From Anaerohalosphaeraceae bacterium (lineage in GTDB: Bacteria > Planctomycetota > Phycisphaerae > Sedimentisphaerales > Anaerohalosphaeraceae), in NCBI GenBank assembly GCA_050309605.1, contig JBNRMN010000034.1, positions 160,001 through 224,000 on the forward strand: DNA of 64,000 bases, read 5' to 3'. The notes below the pieces were generated by a model, which was not told the origin of the DNA, made no database searches, and was given only the letters and a program-made list of their open reading frames with translations. Position numbers and translations under genes: made by a program. Below, piece by piece: positions 51,909 to 61,466 of the stretch. The first letter of the stretch is position 1. Each line of letters starts with the position of its first letter.

Positions 51909-52876
51909 ATTCTGAAATTCTCCTGTTTGGGTGAGGCTAATGCTTTAAAAATACTGCACCAGGCGGATGCATAAGCTTTTAGTCTTATCGCGGCGTTCAT
52001 GTCGCTTCGTCTGATTATGTTTAGTAACCACCATCCCGGAATTCGTATTAATAAGAACAATGACATTAGCAAACCTGCCATAAAATAATAAGGATAGCTT
52101 TTATGTTTGTAAAAAAAGTGCAAAATACCCAGTCGAAGCTGGACCAACGACTTCGCCCGTACCTGTTTACTGCTCTGCCCGCCCAAGTGGATGATCTGTG
52201 CATCCGGATAAAAGAGATTCTGCCAGCCGGCCTGTTTGAAGCGAAAGCACCAGTCGGTTTCTTCGGCATACATAAAAAAGTCTTCATCCATCAGGCCGAC
52301 CTGTTCGATGACTTTTCGCCGAACCAACATAAAACAACCGGTTACGACATCGACCTCGCGAACATTATCGCGATTCCACCATGACATGCGTTCCCGACCG
52401 AAAAAACGGCTGTGCGGGAAGATTTTATAGAGATAGCTTGCCGACAGAAACAAATTCAGCAGCGAGGGGAACATAAAGCAGGTCGGCTGAAGGGAGTGAT
52501 CCGGATTCAGCACTTTGCAGCCCACCACAGCGGCTTGGGGGTGCTGGTCGGCAAAGGCAACGGTTTTTTGAATCGCGCCGTCCAAAACAATCGTATCGGA
52601 ATTGAGCAGCAGGATATAGCGGCCTTTGGCGATCCGCATGCCCTGATTATTGGCCGCGGCAAAGCCGCGGTTTTCCGTGTTTTCGATGAGGAGAGCCTGC
52701 GGAAATTCGGACTTGACCCTCTGAGCCGACCCATCGGAGGACGCATTGTCAATGACGATGACTTCAAAGTCCATGCCGTGTGTCTGCTGGAACACTGAAG
52801 TCAGACAGTTCCGGAGAATATCCCGCGTATTCCAGTTGACAATGATGATAGAACAGTCATATGGCTGCATCGTCAA
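51905..52876 (-). CDS. GT2 glycosyltransferase (WbbL/rhamnosyltransferase-like)
   Basis: IIVNWNT, NRGFAAANN, LLNSD and FMYAEETDWC motifs. Confidence 0.92.
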   Translation of the reverse strand: MTMQPYDCSIIIVNWNTRDILRNCLTSVFQQTHGMDFEVIVIDNASSDGSAQRVKSEFPQALLIENTENRGFAAANNQGMRIAKGRYILLLNSDTIVLDGAIQKTVAFADQHPQAAVVGCKVLNPDHSLQPTCFMFPSLLNLFLSASYLYKIFPHSRFFGRERMSWWNRDNVREVDVVTGCFMLVRRKVIEQVGLMDEDFFMYAEETDWCFRFKQAGWQNLFYPDAQIIHLGGQSSKQVRAKSLVQLRLGILHFFYKHKSYPYYFMAGLLMSLFLLIRIPGWWLLNIIRRSDMNAAIRLKAYASAWCSIFKALASPKQENFRI

Positions 52877-52890
52877 TCTATGATCCTATT

Positions 52891-54081
52891 TTAGGTGAGC
52901 ATATCTTTTTTTTTGATTTGTCGTCGAATTCGCTGGATTTTTTCGAATAAAGTTTTATTTTGCATCGTTATTTTTTTACAAATTACACTCAATGCTGTCA
53001 ATACCGAAGCGATGAGATTTGCAATGATTAATTTAGGACAAAAAGAAAGGATCATCCACGTACATTCCTGCCATTTATCCCCTTGCGGCCATTGTTTATG
53101 TCTTTCCTGGCCATGATCGGAGTCCCAGATCATGATTTTCGGCTCTTGACATATGTCCTTCAACATTCCAATCAGGACAATTGTTCCAACACTGTATTGT
53201 GCCCACTTGGGATCATAGCCCATTCGATCTCCGAAACAAATGTGTTTGTACTTATAGGCCAAATAGAAAGCACAGGGGCTTTTTTGAATATAAAGCACGT
53301 ACGCCAACAACCAGCCCTTTTGCGCACAGTCGGTCAACAAATGAATGGTTCTGTCATCATCATTAACACCCGCACCATAAGCTGATTGGTACGTTTTGGC
53401 AGAAATATAGGCCATGTCTTGTACTGCTATAGAGACTTGGTCGGGACTGGAAAATCTTTTGAAAGCAACCTGATTGGGATAGGCTGCATGAAGCTTTCGC
53501 TCTTTTTTACGAATAACAGATCGCCTGTTTTTTGAGCAGCGACTTAGCAGCTCATCAAAACTCGAGCTTAACAGACAATTAAAATGGATAAGCTTTCGGG
53601 CATAAAAGGGCTGACGCAGCCTTGTAATATTTCTCTTCAAGGCTGCGAATAAAGGATTATCGGTACGAATTCGTTCAAAGACGATACCCTGAATATTTTG
53701 AGATTTCAGCGTATGAAGCAAGCTGTCCGTTAAAAAGTTACACAGGGCATCGTCCAGATGGCCGAGAACACCACCATAAATAATTGACCAAGAAGAGAAT
53801 GTCGGCGTCCAAAGATGATTATACCCCAGCTTGCAATCGATACAGTTTGGTTTCAAGACACCGATTAACAGGACAACGACTTGATTGTGGTCTTTAACGA
53901 GGCCAATACATGGGGTTTGGTTGGGATCCGCATTGGAAAGAACTGCCAGATAACGATCAATATCCGCATGAATGATGGGATAGTCCTGGGCATTTTGCAA
54001 AGCCGCCCATGCGGGCCGCAGATTTTCGATACCCAATCTGTCGGTGATGATTTTAAAAGTTAATCCTTCAAGGTCACGCAT
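52891..54081 (-). CDS. GNAT acyltransferase (CelD/BcsL-like)
   Basis: GYDPKWAQYSVGT; paralogous to the next two genes. Confidence 0.75.
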   Translation of the reverse strand: MRDLEGLTFKIITDRLGIENLRPAWAALQNAQDYPIIHADIDRYLAVLSNADPNQTPCIGLVKDHNQVVVLLIGVLKPNCIDCKLGYNHLWTPTFSSWSIIYGGVLGHLDDALCNFLTDSLLHTLKSQNIQGIVFERIRTDNPLFAALKRNITRLRQPFYARKLIHFNCLLSSSFDELLSRCSKNRRSVIRKKERKLHAAYPNQVAFKRFSSPDQVSIAVQDMAYISAKTYQSAYGAGVNDDDRTIHLLTDCAQKGWLLAYVLYIQKSPCAFYLAYKYKHICFGDRMGYDPKWAQYSVGTIVLIGMLKDICQEPKIMIWDSDHGQERHKQWPQGDKWQECTWMILSFCPKLIIANLIASVLTALSVICKKITMQNKTLFEKIQRIRRQIKKKDMLT

Positions 54082-54086
54082 ATAAA

Positions 54087-55229
54087 TCAAGAGATATTTT
54101 GGTAAAAACGGCGGATTAGCTTCGTTATTCGCTGCCAAAGGCGTCTGATAAACTTAACATCATAAATCTTCCATATTGCGAAATAGAACCCGACGAGTAC
54201 TCTCCCCGTGGCTCTGCTTCCTGTAGCACTTCGCCATATCTGATGTTGATGTGTTCCCCAAAATCTCTTCCAAAGCGCATCACTATGCCCAAAGTTTATC
54301 ACCTTGATTTGTTCATGACAAGCATCACGAAATACCTGTTGAGTCAGCATATCACCAATGGACTGTTGCTTTATATTGAACTTGAGCTTAAATGCTCTTA
54401 AATGGATTTCCAGCCTTTTGTTATTGTGGAAAGCCAGTTCGAACGCCGCATTATCGCCGTTTATTGTCATCAGCCAAAGTCGAGCCAGGTCCGCCTGAGC
54501 CATGGCCAAGATTAAACTGCGTCTGAAAGGATTTGCCAAAAAGACGGCACCGCGCTGAACCATCCAACTTTGCTGTTGGATTTCAAGTGCCTTATCCAGC
54601 ACGGATTCTGTCAACTTTGTTCCCCTATAATGATGGATTTGAACTTGCCCCAGCTCATAAAGCTTTTTTTCTTTCCATCGTAATTTTTTTTTGCTCTTTG
54701 GTGATTTGGTTTGGTTCAAATAGTCTTCAAATGAACCGTTCAATCGGGCATAATGGGTTATGTTGCGGTACACCTGATGGGACTTCATGCCTCGCTTATG
54801 AAGCTCATTTAAAAGTTGTTGAGTTGCAATGTCATCAGAGGACAGATCATCATTTACATAAACATCAAAAACTCGATTGCAGATAATAAAGTCTGCCAAT
54901 TGGCTGAGAACATCCAGATGCGCAGAATCCAGTAAAATACCCAAGCAGCCGGGGATTCCGGTACCAATGGGTTTAGCCACCTTTAACCAAGCGATTCTGC
55001 ATATCATCAATGGTAATACAGCAAGCAATGTGCCATTTTGACGAATCGTCAGTATAGATACACGGCCTTTAAACTGATGTGTCTCAATAAACGTTGACAC
55101 CCAAGGAAAACTAAGACAGTAAGGTGCATAATCGGCCCGTGCAAAAAGTTTGCACCATTCATTTTGAAGCGCTTGATATGTTTTTATTCCGAATGATTCA
55201 ATGTGATAGGAACTTGAATTCATTTTCAT
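54087..55229 (-). CDS. GNAT acyltransferase (CelD/BcsL-like)
   Basis: LQNEW...W...LLAVLPL and INFGHSDALWKRFW. Confidence 0.75.
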   Translation of the reverse strand: MKMNSSSYHIESFGIKTYQALQNEWCKLFARADYAPYCLSFPWVSTFIETHQFKGRVSILTIRQNGTLLAVLPLMICRIAWLKVAKPIGTGIPGCLGILLDSAHLDVLSQLADFIICNRVFDVYVNDDLSSDDIATQQLLNELHKRGMKSHQVYRNITHYARLNGSFEDYLNQTKSPKSKKKLRWKEKKLYELGQVQIHHYRGTKLTESVLDKALEIQQQSWMVQRGAVFLANPFRRSLILAMAQADLARLWLMTINGDNAAFELAFHNNKRLEIHLRAFKLKFNIKQQSIGDMLTQQVFRDACHEQIKVINFGHSDALWKRFWGTHQHQIWRSATGSRATGRVLVGFYFAIWKIYDVKFIRRLWQRITKLIRRFYQNIS

Positions 55230-55248
55230 ATTGTTATATCGGAATTAA

Positions 55249-56439
55249 TCATCTTTGATTTTCGATTTTTTCATGCAACTTTCTGCGCCATTTGCGCTTG
55301 AGCCATCCGTAAATACCACATTTTTTAACTGTCCACATCAGGCCGAGAGTGAAAATGGAATTCACCGTAATGACCAGATTAATCAGAATCGGATAGACTC
55401 GCGGCGCAAACAGATACGTTGCAGCCGCTTCCTGCCAGGATTCATCCCCATAACTTTGTTTATATTCGGCATCACCAAAACCGAAGTCCAACTGCAATGC
55501 TTTTGGATCACTGCAAAGCTCATCAAGGACTTTTAGAAACAATACGGAACCCACATTCCAAGAGGCATAATGAGGATCGTATCCCAGTTTTTCCAAAAAG
55601 TAAGTCCCACGGTAGATCGTTCCCCATTGAAAGCTGACAGGCTGATTGCGCAGATACATAATGGATAAAAAAAGCCGACCTTTTTCTATGTCTTTCGCAA
55701 TTATCGATCGCAACAAAGGATTGTCATAAAAGCCCACTCCCAGTGGATGTTGATAGGTTTTTTCTGAAACAACAACAGCATCATGAAACATTTTCTCAAG
55801 ATTACAGTTTTTTCGATAATGGATGATATGAAGGCGTTCTTTGTATTGAGATTCTAATTTTTTTTGAACTCGTTTAAGGTTGGCCCGATGCTTTTTAGAG
55901 AGTTTCGTATAAAATTCATCTACGTTACTTGGTATCGACATTCGCCAGTGAGGCTCAATAACCAGAAAATGACTGCGGCTCCAAAACGAACCCCGTCGTA
56001 TCTGTATGAAAAATTGGGTATCGATCCGTAAATGATTGAAAAAGATAACATCGATTTGACGCTTTCGGAGTAACTTTCTAAACTCTTTGCACAATAATGC
56101 AGACGTCTCATTGTCAGGCTGGCCTAAAATAACGCCGTAAACCACTGTTATGGCATTGAGTTTGGGTCTGAGAAACGTTTTATAGCCTATGCAAACCGGT
56201 ATTGACAGTTTTTCACGGCGACCAATGATTATCGCACGGAGGAATTGCCCCTTTTTAAGCAGTATAAACAGTGGACTGCACCGATTTTCATTGGCCTTCA
56301 ATACGGACAAATAGCGGTCAATGTCAGCATTGATGACCGGACAAGGCTCCTGATCCTGCAACTGCTGCCAGACAGAACGAATGGATTCGATCTGGTCAAG
56401 GGTTTCAATGATTTCGACCTGCCAGTTATTGTTATTCAT
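55249..56439 (-). CDS. GNAT acyltransferase (CelD/BcsL-like)
   Basis: GYDPHYASWNVGSVL and DFGFGDAEYK. Confidence 0.8.
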   Translation of the reverse strand: MNNNNWQVEIIETLDQIESIRSVWQQLQDQEPCPVINADIDRYLSVLKANENRCSPLFILLKKGQFLRAIIIGRREKLSIPVCIGYKTFLRPKLNAITVVYGVILGQPDNETSALLCKEFRKLLRKRQIDVIFFNHLRIDTQFFIQIRRGSFWSRSHFLVIEPHWRMSIPSNVDEFYTKLSKKHRANLKRVQKKLESQYKERLHIIHYRKNCNLEKMFHDAVVVSEKTYQHPLGVGFYDNPLLRSIIAKDIEKGRLFLSIMYLRNQPVSFQWGTIYRGTYFLEKLGYDPHYASWNVGSVLFLKVLDELCSDPKALQLDFGFGDAEYKQSYGDESWQEAAATYLFAPRVYPILINLVITVNSIFTLGLMWTVKKCGIYGWLKRKWRRKLHEKIENQR

Positions 56440-56470
56440 TGTTTTGTGATCTGAAAACACGGATTTGTCT

Positions 56471-57847
56471 TTATTGTGACTTTGTGGAGACTTTTGAAGG
56501 GAGAATAACTGCCGTTTGTTTGGAAGTCCATTTGGAGCGTCTGATCGGAATTTGACTTGAGGTCGCGGTCAAGCTGGCAATCATAGCTAAAAGCAAATAC
56601 CAGAGAATCGTGATCTGGCCGAAATAGGATACTCCAAGAAAATTTGTGCAGTGAACAAACAGACTGACTCCCAATGCCCACGATAATGCCAGTCGATATG
56701 TATTATCTGTATTTTGCCGCCACAGCTTGCCAATACTGTGAAATGCAAGAGTAATCACTGTTATGAATAATGCCAGTGTCAATAAACCGCCTTGTACGCC
56801 GACCAGAACGTATTGATTCGTAATGTCGGCAGCGTGAACGCCCCATCCCAAGACAGTGTAACCTGAGCAACCCATGAGCCACCACTCACTGACGTTATTG
56901 ATTGCTGCATTGAGAAGTTTATAACGATGATAACTGGTGGACCCGCTTACCGCGCTAACCCGCGAAATCAAATGCCAGACGGGCGCCTGCATCATTAGAT
57001 GAAGTCCGATCAGCATAAATAAAATTCCCCAACGAATAGGGCGCATTCTCTTGCGGAAGAAAAAAAACAAACCGCCGACAACAGCGCTTATCACTCCCAT
57101 GACAGGAGTGCTTGATGCACAAGCGGCGACAATGAATAAGGACGTCAATAAACCAATTATCGCTTTTGAACGATCTTTAGATGACTTCCACCAAAATGCG
57201 GCGATTAACGGCATCAACGCCGCCCAAAAACATCCGGCCAGAATGGCATGTGAATAGGCGCCGCTGGCGCGAATTCTACCGTCGCGCACTGATGAGAACA
57301 GCGACTTTCCGCCAAATATCGAAAAGGCATTGCGTCCGGTAGCTTGCTCCATCACGAAGAAAAAGGCTACTGGAATGCTGATGATCACAATACCGAAAAT
57401 GATACGGTCCACATCCTGCCAGTGCCGTACTAAACAACGAAATAGAAAATACATTCCAAACGCGTCAAACCCAAAACCGAGGCGATTAATAACCGCCGAA
57501 AAGGAGTTTTCACGAAGGATATATAATCCCATATAGGTCAACGTATATAGAATCATCGCCGTATCCAATGGCTGCCAGATAAAGCCCTGATACTCTTTGT
57601 GAAGTATCAGCCGCATTGTGCCGAACAGGACCATAATCCGCAAAAAACTGAAATCGCAACCTGCAATGACAATGCGCTGGGCCGACGGGATGAAGCAGGC
57701 GATGATCAGCATCGGGACCACTGACCATCGACGCGGCAACCATAAAAGGCACAGCCCCAGGACAACGACCATCGCCAACCCCAGCGGGTGAACGGAGGTC
57801 TGACCGGCCCATGAAGGGTCGCCTACAATGTGACGCTGATCATCCAT
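56471..57847 (-). CDS. Wzy polymerase/O-antigen-ligase-like membrane protein
   Basis: About 11-12 TM segments; RASGAYSHAILAG, SYHR and DITNQY. Confidence 0.75.
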   Translation of the reverse strand: MDDQRHIVGDPSWAGQTSVHPLGLAMVVVLGLCLLWLPRRWSVVPMLIIACFIPSAQRIVIAGCDFSFLRIMVLFGTMRLILHKEYQGFIWQPLDTAMILYTLTYMGLYILRENSFSAVINRLGFGFDAFGMYFLFRCLVRHWQDVDRIIFGIVIISIPVAFFFVMEQATGRNAFSIFGGKSLFSSVRDGRIRASGAYSHAILAGCFWAALMPLIAAFWWKSSKDRSKAIIGLLTSLFIVAACASSTPVMGVISAVVGGLFFFFRKRMRPIRWGILFMLIGLHLMMQAPVWHLISRVSAVSGSTSYHRYKLLNAAINNVSEWWLMGCSGYTVLGWGVHAADITNQYVLVGVQGGLLTLALFITVITLAFHSIGKLWRQNTDNTYRLALSWALGVSLFVHCTNFLGVSYFGQITILWYLLLAMIASLTATSSQIPIRRSKWTSKQTAVILPSKVSTKSQ

Positions 57848-58787
57848 ATGATTTACGATGTTTCCACGCTCGGTATTGTTCTATTAACTTTAATGGCAAT
57901 AAAACATATATTAAGGGCTTGTAATATCTGACACTGGACGGATGCAACTTAATACAGGAAAAAGCCGTTTTGAATGCCGCAAAAAATCTGCCTGTCCTAC
58001 GGAGATCCAGTACACTTTCCATAAAATGCGGGACGACTCCGTATAGCTGCTCGTTTTCTGAGACCGCTCTTTTATGTTCAGGAAGATATGATTGTCCTCG
58101 TCGCGCATAGGTTTTTTTCAAGACGGCCTGCACTTTTTCGGCCTTGCGTTTTGCGTCTGAACGTGTGTTTGATGAGGGATTGATCCGATAGGAATAAAGA
58201 CACTCGCCAAGAACCATCAAGGGGTATTGTTCACCGACACGAAGAATATAATCCCAGCCCTGACCAATTCTCAAGTCCGGATCATATTTCAAATCCTTGA
58301 CCATAGACATTCGAAACATGACTGTCGGATCATGGGATGGCATACGCATCTGCTCAATATCTTCCCTGCATTCCTCAGTGCCTTTATCGCGAAAACGCGG
58401 TGCAATACGGCGACCCTGTATAATCAAATCATAGCCGCTAAAGACTCCGGCGATGTGGGGATATTCAGCCATCGTCTCAACGAGCCGTTCGATACGCGCG
58501 GGATAACTTAAGTCATCCGCATCCTGAATGGTATAAAACCGGCCACCGGCTATCTCTAATGCCCTATTCAGCGCAACCGACTTACCGGCATTATTTTGCC
58601 TGAGAATCTTAATGCGACTGTCCCTGATGTCTGCTATCGATTCAAAACAGCCATCCGTACTACCGTCATTGATGATGATAATTTCTAAATTTTTGTAGCT
58701 TTGACAGAGAACGCTCTCAAGAGATGGACGCAGATATTGTCCTGCATTATAAACGGATATCAAGATGGAAACGAGAGAGTCTGGCAT
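57840..58787 (-). CDS. GT2 glycosyltransferase
   Basis: SILISVYNA, NDGSTD and QDADD motifs. Confidence 0.92.
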   Translation of the reverse strand: MPDSLVSILISVYNAGQYLRPSLESVLCQSYKNLEIIIINDGSTDGCFESIADIRDSRIKILRQNNAGKSVALNRALEIAGGRFYTIQDADDLSYPARIERLVETMAEYPHIAGVFSGYDLIIQGRRIAPRFRDKGTEECREDIEQMRMPSHDPTVMFRMSMVKDLKYDPDLRIGQGWDYILRVGEQYPLMVLGECLYSYRINPSSNTRSDAKRKAEKVQAVLKKTYARRGQSYLPEHKRAVSENEQLYGVVPHFMESVLDLRRTGRFFAAFKTAFSCIKLHPSSVRYYKPLIYVLLPLKLIEQYRAWKHRKSYG

Positions 58788-58799
58788 AACAGAGAGTTT

Positions 58800-59630
58800 C
58801 TATGCAAGGATTCGCTTTAGTTTGTTTCTCAGCACACGTACACCTTTTCGCCAGCCGGTATAATACGTAACCTCGAAGGGATCGTCGAGCAGGTTTCGGA
58901 CAATGTCGTTACGTCGTTTCATGCGCCCTTCTACGTCGTTATAGCTGCCTGACTTGAGGCCGAACGTGATGTTTTTGTACACTGCAAAGCTCTCAGCGTC
59001 TTTTATCATGCAATATTTGCTCTTGGGGTCATCCATATGTTCTTGGTAGATTAGCGGGTAGTACCAGCCGTTGATATACCCGGCTCGGGCCATCTGCATA
59101 AAATAATATGTTGTGCCGGTCATGTGGCCTGGTTTCCAAAGACCCTGTTCCAAAAATGTTTTGCGCTTTAGGATAAAGCCCGAACCGGCGACCCAGGGAT
59201 GGCGAAAAATCTGATGGCCGTTAAATTCCTGGATCTTGTGTCTGGCTCGGTCGTAGTCAAAGTCTTCTTCAAAAAAATGCCACATCCCCACGGCGCCAAG
59301 CTGCGGAATCTCCTGATGCGCTTTTGCAAAAGTGCGCGTCCAGCCGGGGGTGGGCAGGCAGTCGTTGTCCAGTTTGCCGACAAGCTCGGATTTTGTTTGT
59401 GACCACGCCCAGTTCATCGCGCCAACCTGCCCTTCGTTGGTTTTGCTGATGTGAACGTCTGCAATCCGGGGATCGCTTAGGCTTTTGAGGTACTCGGCCG
59501 TTTGGTCCGTCGAAGCATTGTCCCACAAATACAGTTCAAACTCCTCGGCCGGATCTTCCAGAAGCCGCGGGATGGTTTTTTGGGTGTATTCGAGCCGATT
59601 ATGGGTGGGAATAACGATTGTAACATGCAT
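58800..59630 (-). CDS. GT2 glycosyltransferase
   Basis: IVIPTHNR, WDNASTD and LDND motifs. Confidence 0.9.
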   Translation of the reverse strand: MHVTIVIPTHNRLEYTQKTIPRLLEDPAEEFELYLWDNASTDQTAEYLKSLSDPRIADVHISKTNEGQVGAMNWAWSQTKSELVGKLDNDCLPTPGWTRTFAKAHQEIPQLGAVGMWHFFEEDFDYDRARHKIQEFNGHQIFRHPWVAGSGFILKRKTFLEQGLWKPGHMTGTTYYFMQMARAGYINGWYYPLIYQEHMDDPKSKYCMIKDAESFAVYKNITFGLKSGSYNDVEGRMKRRNDIVRNLLDDPFEVTYYTGWRKGVRVLRNKLKRILA

Positions 59631-59663
59631 GATGAGACCTGCTGGACTTGTCGAGGCTGTTGA

Positions 59664-61466
59664 TTATTCAAATTTGTTCAACCATACCGCAAGTTGAAGT
59701 AGTCTAAATCCATCTTGCCAATGTAAATTATTTGATTTTATTAGAGTTGATCCTGAAAGATTGAAGACTGTTTCATTTAATCGATTTAAACGGGAAGCGT
59801 ACTGATCAATCAGAATTATAATACGTTGATTTGATTGCCAGTAATCTTGATAATCGTGCCAAGAATGCTGAATCAAGGTGTTTTTCCCAAATCTATTTAA
59901 CAACTTTGTTCCTTTATCTTGCGATTTTCGAATTACTCGCTGAATAAGATAATTCACTTGTTTACTCGCGGGCGTCACGCCGTTGTCGGCCGAGGGGATA
60001 TATTTCCCAGATCCATATAAATCAAGGGTTGATTTCAAAAAAAACTTTTTATTAAATTTAAGGTTAACTGGACAACGAAAAGCTACATCCAAAATTCTGC
60101 GGTCAAAAGCAACAAATTTTTGATTAAGAACTCTCCTCTCTGCTGACCAACATGCCCCAATCTTGTTTTGGGAAAAGGGATAAAGATGAAGCCATTCCGC
60201 CTGACTTGTACGATTTTTTTGCAGAAATTCAGCAAGAAACTTTTGCTTTCGATCATAAATTTGATGGACAAGATTAATCTTAAGATTAGATTTTGAAAAG
60301 CTCGTCAATTGATGAGCAAAGTCGTAACTACTGTGCTTAAATTCAGGGGGCCTTAATCCCCACAAACGTTTGTGTTTTATAAAATCTACGGCAAAATGTG
60401 CTTTGAGATAAGCATCGATCTCCATGCCATTAAGCAATACATCAATATTATGAGTAAAAAATTGTTCAGCTGCTGCAATACCATGAGCATTGATCCAGTC
60501 AAAATCGCACCCTATCAGCCTCGTCGTCTGCAACAAACAATCAGCCAAATAGTTTTCGCTGCGTTGAAGGGGGTACCATGGTCGGCCATAGCACTGAGAG
60601 ACTTTCATCGCTGTTCGTGTTTCACGGTTTTCATGGTCACAGAGAGTTAAGCCGATGCACTCTTTAGACTCTGGTACAAGGGCCATAATCAAACGAGAAT
60701 CCAAGCCGCCGCTGAGTGCAATGCCAACCTTGTGATGGTTTTTAATGCGATCCTGTACGCTTGCGACCAAGGCTTTGCGTAAATCGTCTGCAAGCTGCTC
60801 TTCACTGATGGTACGGTCCTCAGCAGGCGGTGTCCAATATTGCATGGATTTGCGGGTCAACCTTTGATTGTTAAATTCAAAGCAATGTATTGTGCCCGGA
60901 CGCATTTCCTTAACATGCTTGTACGTCGTGTGGGGAAATGTCGTCGTCCCGGCGTTCAGAAATTCTGCTAGTGAGACATGGTCAAGATGATTTTTTTCTC
61001 CACTGACCGCGGCTATCGTTTCCAGGTGTGTGCCAATATAAATGCTTTCCGGGTCACCAGATACCTCATTGTGGATGAAAACCTGCGTATAAGCCATTGG
61101 ATCTGTGATAATGACAAGCTGGTTTTGGGTGGCAATCAAACACGCAAACGCACCGTTAAGTTTTGTAAAGCATTCCCGATGTAATTGCAGATTCTCGTTA
61201 TTGGGCTGATTGAGTGTCTCCAAAATTTCATCGACATCCTTTGCAGAAAGAGGCGATACAAGATCACCCACCCACGCAAAAATGATTCCGTCAAATTCAC
61301 AGATATTCTTACAATTTGCTAACTGATCCTCAAGAACAGCGGCATTCCCCCATGGGTACTCAAAAAAATGACCCACAGGCTTTTTGTCTCCATAAGGCAA
61401 CCGCAACAATCGACATAAATGGTGGCCTTGAAGCTCTCTGTTTAATGAAATAAGAAAATCAGGCAT
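59664..61466 (-). CDS. Asparagine-synthetase-like amidotransferase/ligase
   Basis: LNGAFA and LSGGLDSR motifs; no N-terminal Cys. Confidence 0.82.
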   Translation of the reverse strand: MPDFLISLNRELQGHHLCRLLRLPYGDKKPVGHFFEYPWGNAAVLEDQLANCKNICEFDGIIFAWVGDLVSPLSAKDVDEILETLNQPNNENLQLHRECFTKLNGAFACLIATQNQLVIITDPMAYTQVFIHNEVSGDPESIYIGTHLETIAAVSGEKNHLDHVSLAEFLNAGTTTFPHTTYKHVKEMRPGTIHCFEFNNQRLTRKSMQYWTPPAEDRTISEEQLADDLRKALVASVQDRIKNHHKVGIALSGGLDSRLIMALVPESKECIGLTLCDHENRETRTAMKVSQCYGRPWYPLQRSENYLADCLLQTTRLIGCDFDWINAHGIAAAEQFFTHNIDVLLNGMEIDAYLKAHFAVDFIKHKRLWGLRPPEFKHSSYDFAHQLTSFSKSNLKINLVHQIYDRKQKFLAEFLQKNRTSQAEWLHLYPFSQNKIGACWSAERRVLNQKFVAFDRRILDVAFRCPVNLKFNKKFFLKSTLDLYGSGKYIPSADNGVTPASKQVNYLIQRVIRKSQDKGTKLLNRFGKNTLIQHSWHDYQDYWQSNQRIIILIDQYASRLNRLNETVFNLSGSTLIKSNNLHWQDGFRLLQLAVWLNKFE

